Source: a virus
Strand: one strand, 5' to 3'
IMG/VR virus record: IMGVR_UViG_3300002448_000161
DNA: 64,000 nt
Positions 44,566-54,385 of the stretch are shown piece by piece; position 1 is the first letter of the stretch, and each line of letters starts with the position of its first letter. Below the pieces are notes generated by a model that was not told where the DNA came from, searched no databases, and saw nothing but the letters and a program-made list of their open reading frames with translations. Made by a program: the position numbers and the translations under genes.

Positions 44566-46368
44566 TTAATCCCATTCCGGGCTGAGGCCGTATTGTTCCC
44601 AGATGTTTGTCCCCGGTCCGGTCTCCCTGTTGGCCATGACATGGCCGGGTAATGGGAATCCGGGGTTGGGTGATTCCAGGTACGGTCTCATCTGGATGAA
44701 ATCATAGATCGTGGTTGTCTCTGGGTTTTCTGGTGTCGTCAATTGCTCTTTGCTCAGGATTGGCCCGGGGGCAGGCCAGTGGTTGACTCTCGGCACTGCC
44801 GAGTAGGTGCCGGCGGCTAGTACGGTAGAGTCGTGGACAGTCAGGACCACGGGTCCTATCAGCGAGTGCTGCATGTAGTCGCTGGAGTGCCAGTAATTGG
44901 GCCAGTCTTCTTCCATCTCCGGGTCGAACGCGCCGTGCTTCTTTTCCCAAAAGCAGTTGCCTTTGTTGCATGGCAGGAGTTCCTGCCATATGTCTAGGTT
45001 GTCGTCGGGCGCTGACTCTACGTCCGGAAAGGGTTGGAGGTCCTCACCAAACCTGATGGCCCACCGGTTCGGGTCGTCAAAACTGGTCCAGCGATTCTGG
45101 AAAGCTATCACGAAGGCTACGCTGTAATGTGTCTTTTCAAAGAGGACCATTTTTCCGAGATATTCGTCTCGTCTACTGTCTGGTGTCTCGAGTGGCAGTA
45201 TGTCGCTCACGTTGACGTGCACTTTCACGATCGGCAGGTCCGGGTCTACGAAGTCCCATTGTGCAATGGGCAACGTGTATGCTCCTCTGGTCAGTAATGG
45301 CTGCCTGGTTTCGCTTGTCAGGTTGACGAAGGGTCTTTTTATATAGCTCTCCAGCGAGTCCGGGTTGGTCAGCTCGCCTGTCAGCGGGATGGGCCTTCTT
45401 CCCTGTATGTCCCGGTCTGATTTCCATACGAGCTCTGCCGGGGTCGTTTCCGGCAGCTTGGCCTGGTCCAGCAACGCTCCTACGGTTTCCGCCAGGACTT
45501 CGCGTAGGCTGTCCTTCCCGAAGTAGGGGGGTGTCACGTCGGTTACGTCTCTATAGTATTCTTCAAAGACCCCCATGGTTCTTTGTTCCGTTCGTGACAA
45601 CTCTTCTCCGGTCATTGGGTCGAACCAGGGGTGAGCGAGGAACTGTTCGATGCCATAGTTCTTCATTGCGCGGACGTCGTTTTCCGTTTCTCTGTAAATG
45701 TAGCCCGTTTCGTTGTACAGGTGGTGGGTGAAGGTCTTGGGGTGGCTGTCGCCGCTTTCGTCGGCCCTTGCCTGTACATCATCGATATGGGTCTCCAGCG
45801 CCGGGAACAGGTGCAGGTACGGGTGGTCCCGGTATTCCTCGAACGGTCTGTCAACCAGTCCGCCGGTCGGTCTCTGTACGGCTTCGTTGGGATTGAGCGC
45901 GTACCGGCTCGTGTCCAGTCCGGCGTAGATTTCCTGCAGCGTCGGCCCTTCCGAGAGTTGCGGGTTGGCCGGTCTTTCGTCGCTCGCCTGCGGCGTTGCT
46001 GTTGGCTCCGCTGGTGCTGGGTCAGTTGTGGTCCTTTGAATCGCTTGGGCCTCCGGCGCGTTCGTGACAATCGGTGTTCTCATTTCCTCTCCGCCGCTTT
46101 CGGCCCGCATAGCGGCTATTTCTTCCTGGCTGAACAGGCGGAAGGGCGTTGGCTTCGGCTCTGCAAGTCCTGCGGCAACGTCCCTTGTGCCTGTGCCCTG
46201 TTCTTCTTGATTTGGCTCGCTATTGGGTAATTGAGGTTGGGCTAACTGGCCCTGAAGCGTTGGCAGCGGTCCGTTGTCATCTGCAGTCTCTGCTGTCTCT
46301 TCGCCGCCGCTGCAGCCTATCAGCAGCGTTGCCATAATCAACGCTATCCAGTAATGGAACTTTTTCAT
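44566..46368 (-). CDS. Large lipoprotein (600 aa), unknown function
   Basis: Lipobox LIG-C, disordered linker and an aromatic-rich globular domain. Confidence 0.7.
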   Translation of the reverse strand: MKKFHYWIALIMATLLIGCSGGEETAETADDNGPLPTLQGQLAQPQLPNSEPNQEEQGTGTRDVAAGLAEPKPTPFRLFSQEEIAAMRAESGGEEMRTPIVTNAPEAQAIQRTTTDPAPAEPTATPQASDERPANPQLSEGPTLQEIYAGLDTSRYALNPNEAVQRPTGGLVDRPFEEYRDHPYLHLFPALETHIDDVQARADESGDSHPKTFTHHLYNETGYIYRETENDVRAMKNYGIEQFLAHPWFDPMTGEELSRTEQRTMGVFEEYYRDVTDVTPPYFGKDSLREVLAETVGALLDQAKLPETTPAELVWKSDRDIQGRRPIPLTGELTNPDSLESYIKRPFVNLTSETRQPLLTRGAYTLPIAQWDFVDPDLPIVKVHVNVSDILPLETPDSRRDEYLGKMVLFEKTHYSVAFVIAFQNRWTSFDDPNRWAIRFGEDLQPFPDVESAPDDNLDIWQELLPCNKGNCFWEKKHGAFDPEMEEDWPNYWHSSDYMQHSLIGPVVLTVHDSTVLAAGTYSAVPRVNHWPAPGPILSKEQLTTPENPETTTIYDFIQMRPYLESPNPGFPLPGHVMANRETGPGTNIWEQYGLSPEWD

Positions 46369-46422
46369 TTTTGGTCTCCTTCTTATTACTTCACTTCGTG
46401 AAAGTGGTTATTCGATTTGCGG

Positions 46423-46431
46423 TGCTATAAT
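46423..46431 (+). promoter_or_regulatory. Extended -10 promoter of the T4SS operon (possibly leaderless)
   Basis: TG-c-TATAAT ending 7 nt before the ATG at 46439, with no RBS in between. Confidence 0.6.
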
Positions 46432-46438
46432 TTCCGCC

Positions 46439-49400
46439 ATGGGTAACTTTTTAAGGTTCTTTTGTGCCTTTTGGCCGCCGCGGCGCTGGTATATCTGTGC
46501 CGTGGCTTGCCTCCTTTTAATTATTTTCGTTCTCGTGCCGTCATCGACAGTGACGGCTGATACCGGTTCTACCTGGATGTGCTGGACGTCTCAGTGGGGT
46601 GACCCTTCGATGGTCTATGCCATTGATGAGCAGGATTACCTTCCGTATCTTCCAGGTGGCTCTGGGCCTGCGGTCACTCTTCCTGACAACAAACCTTGGG
46701 TCGATTTTGCTGGCAAGCACCCTCAGTCGCGTGCGGTAGCCCCTTTTGGCTCGATTGCGGAGCTGATTGACGTTGGCCATTACTTCCGGTTTGACACGGC
46801 TGGGGCGGACTTGAAGATCCTCTGTAATTATGACGCCCTGGCTCACCGCATGCGTCATCTCTTGACTAATCTTGACCCTTGTCAGCCAGGCGCAGATCCG
46901 TCGATTCTCAAGTCAGTGGGATCTGACGACTATTTCCCTCGTACTCCTTGGCATAAGACTAATGGCAATACGCAGGCTCATCGTGATCTTTATAACGCGT
47001 ATCGGCGTGTTGGTCCGCAGAAGCCCCCGGATCCTGCTGCGGGTGACGCCAGCCGTCTTACTTCTTTCAACGGTCAGTGGCTGGACGTTGATAACCCGAG
47101 CGGTGGGGTGCAGCGTGACGACGCCCAGTTCCTCCATGATCTGGTTGCTGGTATTGCGGATATTACTATCGCCTCCCGGACTGCTGCTCATGGCGGAGGG
47201 CGCCGCATTACGCTCGTTGGCACTTTTCCAACGATTACCATCAGCAGCAGCACCACGGTTACCTGTGTTTATAATGGCGGTTCCTGTTCATCGTCAACCG
47301 TGACCCGGTCGGAGCCGGACTCGGTTGATCTTCACTTTGAGGGGACCGATATAAATAATGGGGAGTTTTTCGACACTACTTTTGTGGCCAGCAGCCAGGG
47401 GCGTGAAATACAGGTTCCGGTAGGTGATGGCACTTATACCCGGAATGTTATACCGGTTGACGTGAGTTACATCGGTAGCTCGACGCTTCAGGGCCGTGTC
47501 GGCAGCCTGGGGGCGGGTTACTCGTTTCTGAGCCAGCGCCAGGTTCCTGGGGGAGATGAGTTGCATGTCAACTTGACTCTGGATCCGACCCATCGCTCTG
47601 ATTTTGGCTGGTACTTTGGGTCCATCGGCCCCGATCTGGCTGTGCTCCCAGCCTTTGGTACGAAACCGTGGTCTTATACCCAGCATGACCGTACTCTTCC
47701 TGGGCGGTACCGCGATAATCTTCCTGTGTCGGAGGGTCCTCACCGGGGCTTCCGCCGTCCGGTTCTTGATACCGTTTACCCTGAGTCTCAGTCGGGTTCT
47801 ACCCATCAGGATCCGGCGCTCACCCGGGTACGCTGGCCTGCCAATTTCGAGGACTTGTCCTGGCAGATCTTCTCCCTTCCGGAGATCCAGTCAAACTCTC
47901 CGGATGATCAGCACTGGCTCCTGTTTAATTCTCCCCAGGGGTCTCAGGAGCTGGTCAACTCTGGGTTTACCACTCAAGGCGAGCCTGGTCAGCTGGCTAC
48001 CAACTGCGGGTATAAGGGTTCTGGAGCGTCGCGGACCGATATTACCTGTGAGAATCTTGCTGGCGGCAATTTCTTTCCTTTCCAGCGGGCTGGCGGGGGG
48101 GCCGGATTCTCTTTCGCTTCGCTTCTCCTGGTCTCGGCTGGCGTTGCCTCCCCTTCCGATAATAACTCCGGGTCGCTGCGTTCCCTGAATGAGTTCAGTT
48201 TTGTTGTCAAGGAGAGTCGCGTCTTCTCTGATACCTTGGCCTCTTCGTCGGATCCGATTGCTGCTGACCGGCTTGGCGTCCCTCAACATCCTGAGGCTCG
48301 CGCCGATTATACCTCCAGCTGGCCGTGTGTTGAGACAACAGGTCTCTGTGCTTCTACTCCTGAGGATTCGGATCTTGATCCCAATGCTCCTTACCTGCTG
48401 GTGGTTGCTTTCTACGAGTCCCGGAGTCCTTTCACCTACGAAGACTCATCTCTTGATCTCACTTTCGACGGTCCGGCCGGAGGTTCGAACTTTTTCACTG
48501 TCCCGAAACGTCAGGTTCGCCGGGTTGTCTGCCGCCTTGCCGTGTTGCCCGTCTTCTATGCCGGTGCGGTGGATTCTGAGACCAATACTTTTGTTGACGC
48601 TCTGAAGAAGGTAGGTTCTGCCGTCGGCGCCGTCGCCTCGATTCCTGGTGCTGTGGCTGGCGCTGTGGGCGGCGCCATCGGCGAGGGTTTGGGGGTGCTG
48701 CTGTCCGGCATTTTCAAGGCATTTGCCCAGGGTGGCTCTGATGCGCCTCCGGCTGCTACCAAGGAGGTCTCCAAGGCCGCCTGTGGTGGCCTGGACGAGC
48801 TGGCCCGGGCCACCAACGGCGGTCCGGTCGAGTATGAGCCCCCGGTCACCGTAGAGGGCGATGTTCTTCATCATAATGCCGTGGCTGACAGTGTTGCCTC
48901 TGGCGTTGAGACCTGTCAGAAGGTTCGTGTCGAGGAACCTGTTGCTTGCTCCCCCAGTTCAGGTGTTGTCTATGGGTCTTCGTGTGTCACCCTTCCCTCG
49001 CTGGAGCTTCGCGTTGCCGATGTGGATTTCGTAAGTCTTGAGGGTGGTCGGGGCGATCTTCCGGCCGACTTGGTGCCTCTCGATCCGGCAGAGCGTGAGG
49101 GGCCGTCAGTCAATAACAAGCTTGATTGGTATAGCTTTCCGAGAAGTACGGAGGGTGATGATGACGTAGTTAACCGTCTAAGATTTGATCTCAATCGGCC
49201 CTTTCTCGGGGCCTCTTTTGGACAGGGTTCGTCAGAGTCCCTGGCTCAGGCTTATTCGTATGCGGATGCTGTAGGTGCGGATAATCGTGATCCTGGCAAG
49301 GTTGAAAATGCTGTCTTTGAGGAGGTTGTTGGAACGCCGGCCGATACGGAATTGCCGGAAGGTTTTAACCCGCATGCCTTTAATTCGGGTCTCTCGTTGG

Positions 49401-52400
49401 TTCGCGTCGAGTGGGACTACCGCTGGCATCAGGATGTTAGCCGCGACGTCTATGAGTCCATTGACGGGGTTAAGGTTTCTATTGCCGCCGGCACTCGTAC
49501 TTCTCCCTCTGCCGGATCCGAGATTGCGGAGTTCTTTTTGCCCCGCGAATATACGGTCAAGTCTCTCCGTGGTGGCGATGACCACAATAAAACGTACATT
49601 TATGATCTTGACGGCTTTTGGTTCGGGTCCATGGGGATGCTTCCTGTTGACGGCGGTGTCAATCAGGAGTTGGATGGTGCAATTTACCGTTTCCCTCATT
49701 CTTTTGAGGCTGCTGAGCCTGGGGACCTTCCCAGTCAAGCTTTTTTTGAGCTGAAGGCCCCTGCTTCTACTGCGCGTTATGTCGATGGCGACCATCTGGG
49801 TCTTAATCAGCACGTTCTGGATATGCCCGTCGCTGACGGTTTCAATTATCGGATATGGGTTACCCCGTACGTCGGAACTCCTGGTAAGGAGGGAGATCCT
49901 CCCCGACCCGGGACTGCGTCGCAGCCTCTTCCCATTAAGGGCGCGACCATGGCCTGTTTGGCCCGCGATGAGAACGGCGAGTTTGAGGACCGCAGGATTC
50001 CTCTTCTCTATGAATGTCAGGACGGCGCAGCCGGGGCTTCGTATGCTCCCCCTGCCGATGTGCTTGCTGAGGCGTTTTCTGGCCTCACCTTGTTGAATTT
50101 AACCGGCACCGCCATTTGCACTGATTTTCTCACCGCGACTCCTTCAGCTCTGACCTGGGACAATAGTATCGTGCGCTCCATGTGGGGCTTTATGTGGATT
50201 CTTGCCGGTGCCGTTTTCTTTGTTCTTCTGGTCTGGCAGGGTCTCAGGATGACTTATGACTTTGGCCTTGATCCCCGTTCTTCGGTGGGTCTCCGTGAGT
50301 TCATTCCCCGGGCGCTGTTGGGTCTCATTCTGGCTGCCTCCAGTCTTTACATCATTCAGATGGTCCTTATCCTCGCCGGTGATCTTACCTGTCTGGTCGG
50401 TCAGTATACCGGCATGAGCCTGTGGGGGATCTGGGGAAATGTGTTCGGCCTCCTGCTGGACGCGCTGATTGCTTTTTTCCAGCACTCTGTCTCCAGTACC
50501 CAGGCCTTCGGAGATGCCATTGGGCTTGCGGTTGCCGGCTTCATTTTGGGCAAGATCACCCTGATGGCCATTCTTATCGTCGTTCTCTTCATTTTCATCT
50601 TCATTCTTTATGTTTTCGGAAAGGTAGTCTTTGGACTGTTGATTCGTCTGGCTCTGCTTGCTGTTCTCATAGTCTTCGCGCCGCTGGCCTTCGTCTTCTA
50701 CAGCTCTCCTAATACCAGTCATTGGACCAACAAGTGGGTCACCATGTTCCTTGGCACGGTGTTCCAGCAGGTTGTCGTTGTAATAGTTCTGTTTGTAGGT
50801 CTGTACTTCGCCGAGGGTTATTTCAACAGCACCAACGCCGACTCGTTGATGGACTTCGTTATCGCTGTTGTCATGGCGTTCGCCATCTTTTTCCTGGCCG
50901 GGAAGGTGCCTGACATCGTTAACCCGGGTTCCAAGGGTGTCTTTGACGGATTTGGCAGTCTCCTTATGATGGCTGGGGCCGCGGCACTCACGGTTGCCTC
51001 CGCTGGCGTTGGCTTTGCGGCCGGATTCGCCGGCGCTGGCGGCTCGTCCTCTTCGGGGATGATGGGCATGGTTCGAGGGGGCGGGGGCATGCGGCCCCCT
51101 GGCGGCGGCGTCCGTGCGCCGGGCGGCGGTGGCGGTGGCGGTGATGATCCGCCAGGCGGCGGTTCGGTCAATAATGGCGGCGGTTCGGAGGGACAGTCTG
51201 GGAACGTCAGCACTACCGGTCGCCGGTCCTTCAGCCCATTTTCCTCGGTCCGCTCGGCTGGATTCAACCTAGGCCGCCGTATGGGAGGCAGCGTATCGTC
51301 TGAGCAGCCTCAGCAGCAGTCGGTTTCTTCCCACCCTGAGTCTGCTCAGGCAGAGTCCGGCGTGGTCGCCGGGCAGTCGATGCAGACACCTTCTGGCGAG
51401 ACCGCGGGGCAGGTCAGCGGCGGTGAGCCTACCGCCCAGGCCGCTGTGGTGGCTCCTCCCCGCCCGGGGGCTCCTGTTACTGGAGGTCAGCAGCCTCCGG
51501 CAGTGGGCCGACCTGATGAGAGATCTGGTCAACAGGTGGCTCCTGGGCGCCGCAGCGCGCCTTTGCCCGGTCAGCGTGATCCGGGCTCTTCTCCGCCGCC
51601 CGTTGGCGGCGGCCCTGCTTCCGGCCGAGCCGGCCAGGTTCCGGAGGGTTCCGTCTCTCAGTCCGGGGCGTTGCCCGGCGCCTATGCTGGTGTGCCGGTG
51701 CCCGTGCAGGGCGAGTTGCCGGGCTATCCTGGCGGCCCGGAAGGGCCTCCTGCTCCTGTGGCGATGGGTCAGGATGTTGGCAACATTGGGTTCAGGTCCG
51801 CGAACCGTTTGTATCCGGACTCTGGCGACCGGAGGGGACGTCTGCTGGCTCAGCCTTCGTCTCTGGCCGGCCTTCCCGGCGCTCCTTACGGCCCGCATGG
51901 GCCCCCGGCGCCTGGTATGCCTGGGGGACCTGAGGGTCGCGGCCCTGACGGGTTGAATCGCACTCCGCCTGGTCGTATGACTCGTATGCATTCGATTGGC
52001 TTGGGTCTGAATCGCGACCGACTCGGTCTCTCTGATTCGGAGGGTCGTGTCAATCAGCCCTTTGATAACAACGCTAATGTTGATACCGCCCGTCAGCTCA
52101 TGACAGGAGGTATCCCTGGCGCGTCTACCCGTGGCGCGTGGTCTGTTATGCGAAGTCCTGGCGAGTTTGGCGCGCTTAACCGCACCGTTGTCGCGGGGCG
52201 TCCTCTTACTTCTTCTGGGGCTCCTGTCTCCGGTGTTGGCCCGCGCGGCGGCATTGCTTCGGCTTCTGGTGTGCCTGATCAGGGTGTGGGTCCGAGCGGC
52301 GCTGTTGTTCCTCCACCTGCTGGGTCTCCTGCTGCGGGTCAGGTAACCGGCTCTGGTCCTGGTGCGAATCGTCCTTCTGGCGTAGTGGGCCGTGGTCAAG

Positions 52401-52918
52401 CGCAGCGCCCAGGTTCTCCCCGTAATGTTGTGTCCGGGGGTCCTGAGTCCGGCCGTGGGCGTGTAGGCCCTGCCTCTCCTGGTGATCAGTCGCCTTCTGG
52501 CATGGTCTCCGGCTTTCGTCCGGCGCTGCCCCCGGACGGTGGTGCGGATTCTCCTTCCGGCTCCGAGTCGGAGACCCCTTCTGCTGGCGAGCCTCGCGGT
52601 ACTTTTGGCCGTAGGCCTGGCCCCAGCCTTTCTGATCGCTTCAACGCCGGGATGGCCGGCGGTCGTGCCGGTATAAGACGCTCCCAGGAGGTTAATGGTC
52701 GCATTCGTTCGTTGCTCAGTGGCAATTTTGCCTATCCTTCCCGTTCCCCGGGTGGCTCGGGCGGTCAGGGTGAGGGCGGCGGCCAGGAGCGACGTGGCCA
52801 GTCCTACCGCGGCGCACAGCAGCAGCGCCCCGATGCTGATTCCGAGCGCACCCGGGCCTTGACCAATCAGATGGAACAGATGAATGAGACTCTCAACAAG
52901 ATTCTCGATTCCATGTAA
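46439..52918 (+). CDS. Giant TrbL/VirB6-like conjugation protein (2159 aa)
   Basis: Signal peptide, about 1200 aa extracellular region, multi-TM core (LIRLALLAVLIVFAPLAF...W...FL..VFQQ) and about 600 aa Gly/Pro-rich tail. Confidence 0.7.
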   Translation: MGNFLRFFCAFWPPRRWYICAVACLLLIIFVLVPSSTVTADTGSTWMCWTSQWGDPSMVYAIDEQDYLPYLPGGSGPAVTLPDNKPWVDFAGKHPQSRAVAPFGSIAELIDVGHYFRFDTAGADLKILCNYDALAHRMRHLLTNLDPCQPGADPSILKSVGSDDYFPRTPWHKTNGNTQAHRDLYNAYRRVGPQKPPDPAAGDASRLTSFNGQWLDVDNPSGGVQRDDAQFLHDLVAGIADITIASRTAAHGGGRRITLVGTFPTITISSSTTVTCVYNGGSCSSSTVTRSEPDSVDLHFEGTDINNGEFFDTTFVASSQGREIQVPVGDGTYTRNVIPVDVSYIGSSTLQGRVGSLGAGYSFLSQRQVPGGDELHVNLTLDPTHRSDFGWYFGSIGPDLAVLPAFGTKPWSYTQHDRTLPGRYRDNLPVSEGPHRGFRRPVLDTVYPESQSGSTHQDPALTRVRWPANFEDLSWQIFSLPEIQSNSPDDQHWLLFNSPQGSQELVNSGFTTQGEPGQLATNCGYKGSGASRTDITCENLAGGNFFPFQRAGGGAGFSFASLLLVSAGVASPSDNNSGSLRSLNEFSFVVKESRVFSDTLASSSDPIAADRLGVPQHPEARADYTSSWPCVETTGLCASTPEDSDLDPNAPYLLVVAFYESRSPFTYEDSSLDLTFDGPAGGSNFFTVPKRQVRRVVCRLAVLPVFYAGAVDSETNTFVDALKKVGSAVGAVASIPGAVAGAVGGAIGEGLGVLLSGIFKAFAQGGSDAPPAATKEVSKAACGGLDELARATNGGPVEYEPPVTVEGDVLHHNAVADSVASGVETCQKVRVEEPVACSPSSGVVYGSSCVTLPSLELRVADVDFVSLEGGRGDLPADLVPLDPAEREGPSVNNKLDWYSFPRSTEGDDDVVNRLRFDLNRPFLGASFGQGSSESLAQAYSYADAVGADNRDPGKVENAVFEEVVGTPADTELPEGFNPHAFNSGLSLVRVEWDYRWHQDVSRDVYESIDGVKVSIAAGTRTSPSAGSEIAEFFLPREYTVKSLRGGDDHNKTYIYDLDGFWFGSMGMLPVDGGVNQELDGAIYRFPHSFEAAEPGDLPSQAFFELKAPASTARYVDGDHLGLNQHVLDMPVADGFNYRIWVTPYVGTPGKEGDPPRPGTASQPLPIKGATMACLARDENGEFEDRRIPLLYECQDGAAGASYAPPADVLAEAFSGLTLLNLTGTAICTDFLTATPSALTWDNSIVRSMWGFMWILAGAVFFVLLVWQGLRMTYDFGLDPRSSVGLREFIPRALLGLILAASSLYIIQMVLILAGDLTCLVGQYTGMSLWGIWGNVFGLLLDALIAFFQHSVSSTQAFGDAIGLAVAGFILGKITLMAILIVVLFIFIFILYVFGKVVFGLLIRLALLAVLIVFAPLAFVFYSSPNTSHWTNKWVTMFLGTVFQQVVVVIVLFVGLYFAEGYFNSTNADSLMDFVIAVVMAFAIFFLAGKVPDIVNPGSKGVFDGFGSLLMMAGAAALTVASAGVGFAAGFAGAGGSSSSGMMGMVRGGGGMRPPGGGVRAPGGGGGGGDDPPGGGSVNNGGGSEGQSGNVSTTGRRSFSPFSSVRSAGFNLGRRMGGSVSSEQPQQQSVSSHPESAQAESGVVAGQSMQTPSGETAGQVSGGEPTAQAAVVAPPRPGAPVTGGQQPPAVGRPDERSGQQVAPGRRSAPLPGQRDPGSSPPPVGGGPASGRAGQVPEGSVSQSGALPGAYAGVPVPVQGELPGYPGGPEGPPAPVAMGQDVGNIGFRSANRLYPDSGDRRGRLLAQPSSLAGLPGAPYGPHGPPAPGMPGGPEGRGPDGLNRTPPGRMTRMHSIGLGLNRDRLGLSDSEGRVNQPFDNNANVDTARQLMTGGIPGASTRGAWSVMRSPGEFGALNRTVVAGRPLTSSGAPVSGVGPRGGIASASGVPDQGVGPSGAVVPPPAGSPAAGQVTGSGPGANRPSGVVGRGQAQRPGSPRNVVSGGPESGRGRVGPASPGDQSPSGMVSGFRPALPPDGGADSPSGSESETPSAGEPRGTFGRRPGPSLSDRFNAGMAGGRAGIRRSQEVNGRIRSLLSGNFAYPSRSPGGSGGQGEGGGQERRGQSYRGAQQQRPDADSERTRALTNQMEQMNETLNKILDSM

Positions 52919-52942
52919 TCCTGTTTAACTTGAGGTTTTCTG

Positions 52943-53458
52943 ATGCCCCTCGACAGTTACGACAGCCCTACTTTTCTTGGTTCCAAGGACAAGTATCTTT
53001 TGGGCCTGTCCCTCCCGGAGCTATTTACTGTCATCGCCGTGTCTTTGATCTGGCTGGTTATCTCGTTGATGTTCCCCTACGGTACCGTGGTTCGCCTGGC
53101 AATTGCCGGCGTTGCCACGTTGATAACCTCGATTCTGCTCTTTGCCCGCCTCTACGGGCTCAGCCTGCCGGCCTGCCTTTTTTATCTCGTTAAAGGCTTG
53201 TTTGTTAAGCCCTCGTATGAGGAAATGGCCGAGCTTCTCGTCGGGGGTAACCTGGTCTGGCTGGAACAGCAGGGGCGTTCTTCGAAGTGGTATCAGTTGG
53301 GATTCTTCCGGTCGAAGAAGGCCGAATATATTGACAGCGAGCAGGGCCAGGCGGTCCGGATGGAGGTCCAGGCGGAGGTTAGCCGGTCGGTTAACGACGG
53401 CGCCGTAGCGGTGGAACGGGGTTTTAAGGACGCGTTCAAGGCTATTTTCGGCCGGTGA
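52943..53458 (+). CDS. PrgI / VirB3-like protein
   Basis: KYLLGLSL.EL, two TM segments, upstream of VirB4. Confidence 0.65.
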   Translation: MPLDSYDSPTFLGSKDKYLLGLSLPELFTVIAVSLIWLVISLMFPYGTVVRLAIAGVATLITSILLFARLYGLSLPACLFYLVKGLFVKPSYEEMAELLVGGNLVWLEQQGRSSKWYQLGFFRSKKAEYIDSEQGQAVRMEVQAEVSRSVNDGAVAVERGFKDAFKAIFGR

Positions 53459-54123
53459 CGGGGATGGGCTTTCTCCTGCGCTTTGCAATTGTGTTGTTCG
53501 CGGTCGCGTCGGTTTTGTTGCCGGGGGATCCCGTCTCGGCGCAGGGTGTCGCTGATGAGTTGACACTCAAGTGGCTTGGCGCTACTTGCCGTGATAATCC
53601 GGACAGCGAGGTCTGCATCTGCGCTCCTGTGGCGGCGCAAACTGCCGTTCCAAGGGGCCAAATAATAGAGTATAGGGATTTCGGTGGCGTCTCAGTGCCT
53701 TTCCGTGCTGAGAAACGTGACGGAGTTGCTGTCGGTGGACCTGAGTTCGATGTGGAAGAGAGGCGGTGGTATGGAGTGCCTGAGGATCTTCAGGTCGTTG
53801 AGAATACCTGGTTCAAGCGCCACTGTGCTCTCGCTTTCTTTCGCGAGGATCTTACCCGTGCCTGGTACTTCGCTGTCGCACTGGGGGCCGGGTTCCTGTC
53901 TCTCAGTTTTGTTTTTGCCGGCGTCGTTTATATGCAGGAGTCCGCGGCAGGGTCCGACCTCGCTGCCAGCAGGTCTCGAATCTATCGGATCATCATCGGG
54001 ATGATCATTCTCGGCATGGCCTACGTTCTTTATGAGGGTACCGTCACAGTAATATTCAACGCCACTGATGCCTGGAGTGGCGACCGCGCTATCTTTTATG
54101 AAGCTTTGGAGCGGGGCGGCTGA
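53455..54123 (+). CDS. Secreted protein with C-terminal VirB2/pilin-like helices
   Basis: Signal peptide, Cys-containing N-domain, then AGVVYM...SRSRIYRIIIGMII. Confidence 0.55.
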   Translation: MTGMGFLLRFAIVLFAVASVLLPGDPVSAQGVADELTLKWLGATCRDNPDSEVCICAPVAAQTAVPRGQIIEYRDFGGVSVPFRAEKRDGVAVGGPEFDVEERRWYGVPEDLQVVENTWFKRHCALAFFREDLTRAWYFAVALGAGFLSLSFVFAGVVYMQESAAGSDLAASRSRIYRIIIGMIILGMAYVLYEGTVTVIFNATDAWSGDRAIFYEALERGG

Positions 54124-54125
54124 TT

Positions 54126-54341
54126 ATGGAACTCTTTTTGCAACTGCTCGTGATTGTTCTCATCCTGGTAGCGGTTTTTTTCATTGTGCGGCGTCTCGCC
54201 GGCCTTGTTTTTTCGATTATTGCCTTGGTCGTCGCCGTGGCGCTGGTGGCCTACCTGGTCCAATACTTTTCACCGGAGCTCGCGGATCGACTTGTTCTTT
54301 ACTTTGGTGGCTTGCTCCGTATGGTTGGCATTGTTGTTTAG
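54126..54341 (+). CDS. Small membrane protein
   Basis: 71 aa, almost entirely hydrophobic, within the operon. Confidence 0.6.
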   Translation: MELFLQLLVIVLILVAVFFIVRRLAGLVFSIIALVVAVALVAYLVQYFSPELADRLVLYFGGLLRMVGIVV

Positions 54342-54385
54342 GGCTCCGGTGAATTTTTAATTTCACAATTCTAGGAGGTGTCTTC

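Noticed and set aside
51060-52800. Possible tandem DNA repeats in the Gly/Pro-rich tail of the giant protein
   Set aside because: Only low-complexity GGC-rich codon runs are present, with no regular repeat unit.
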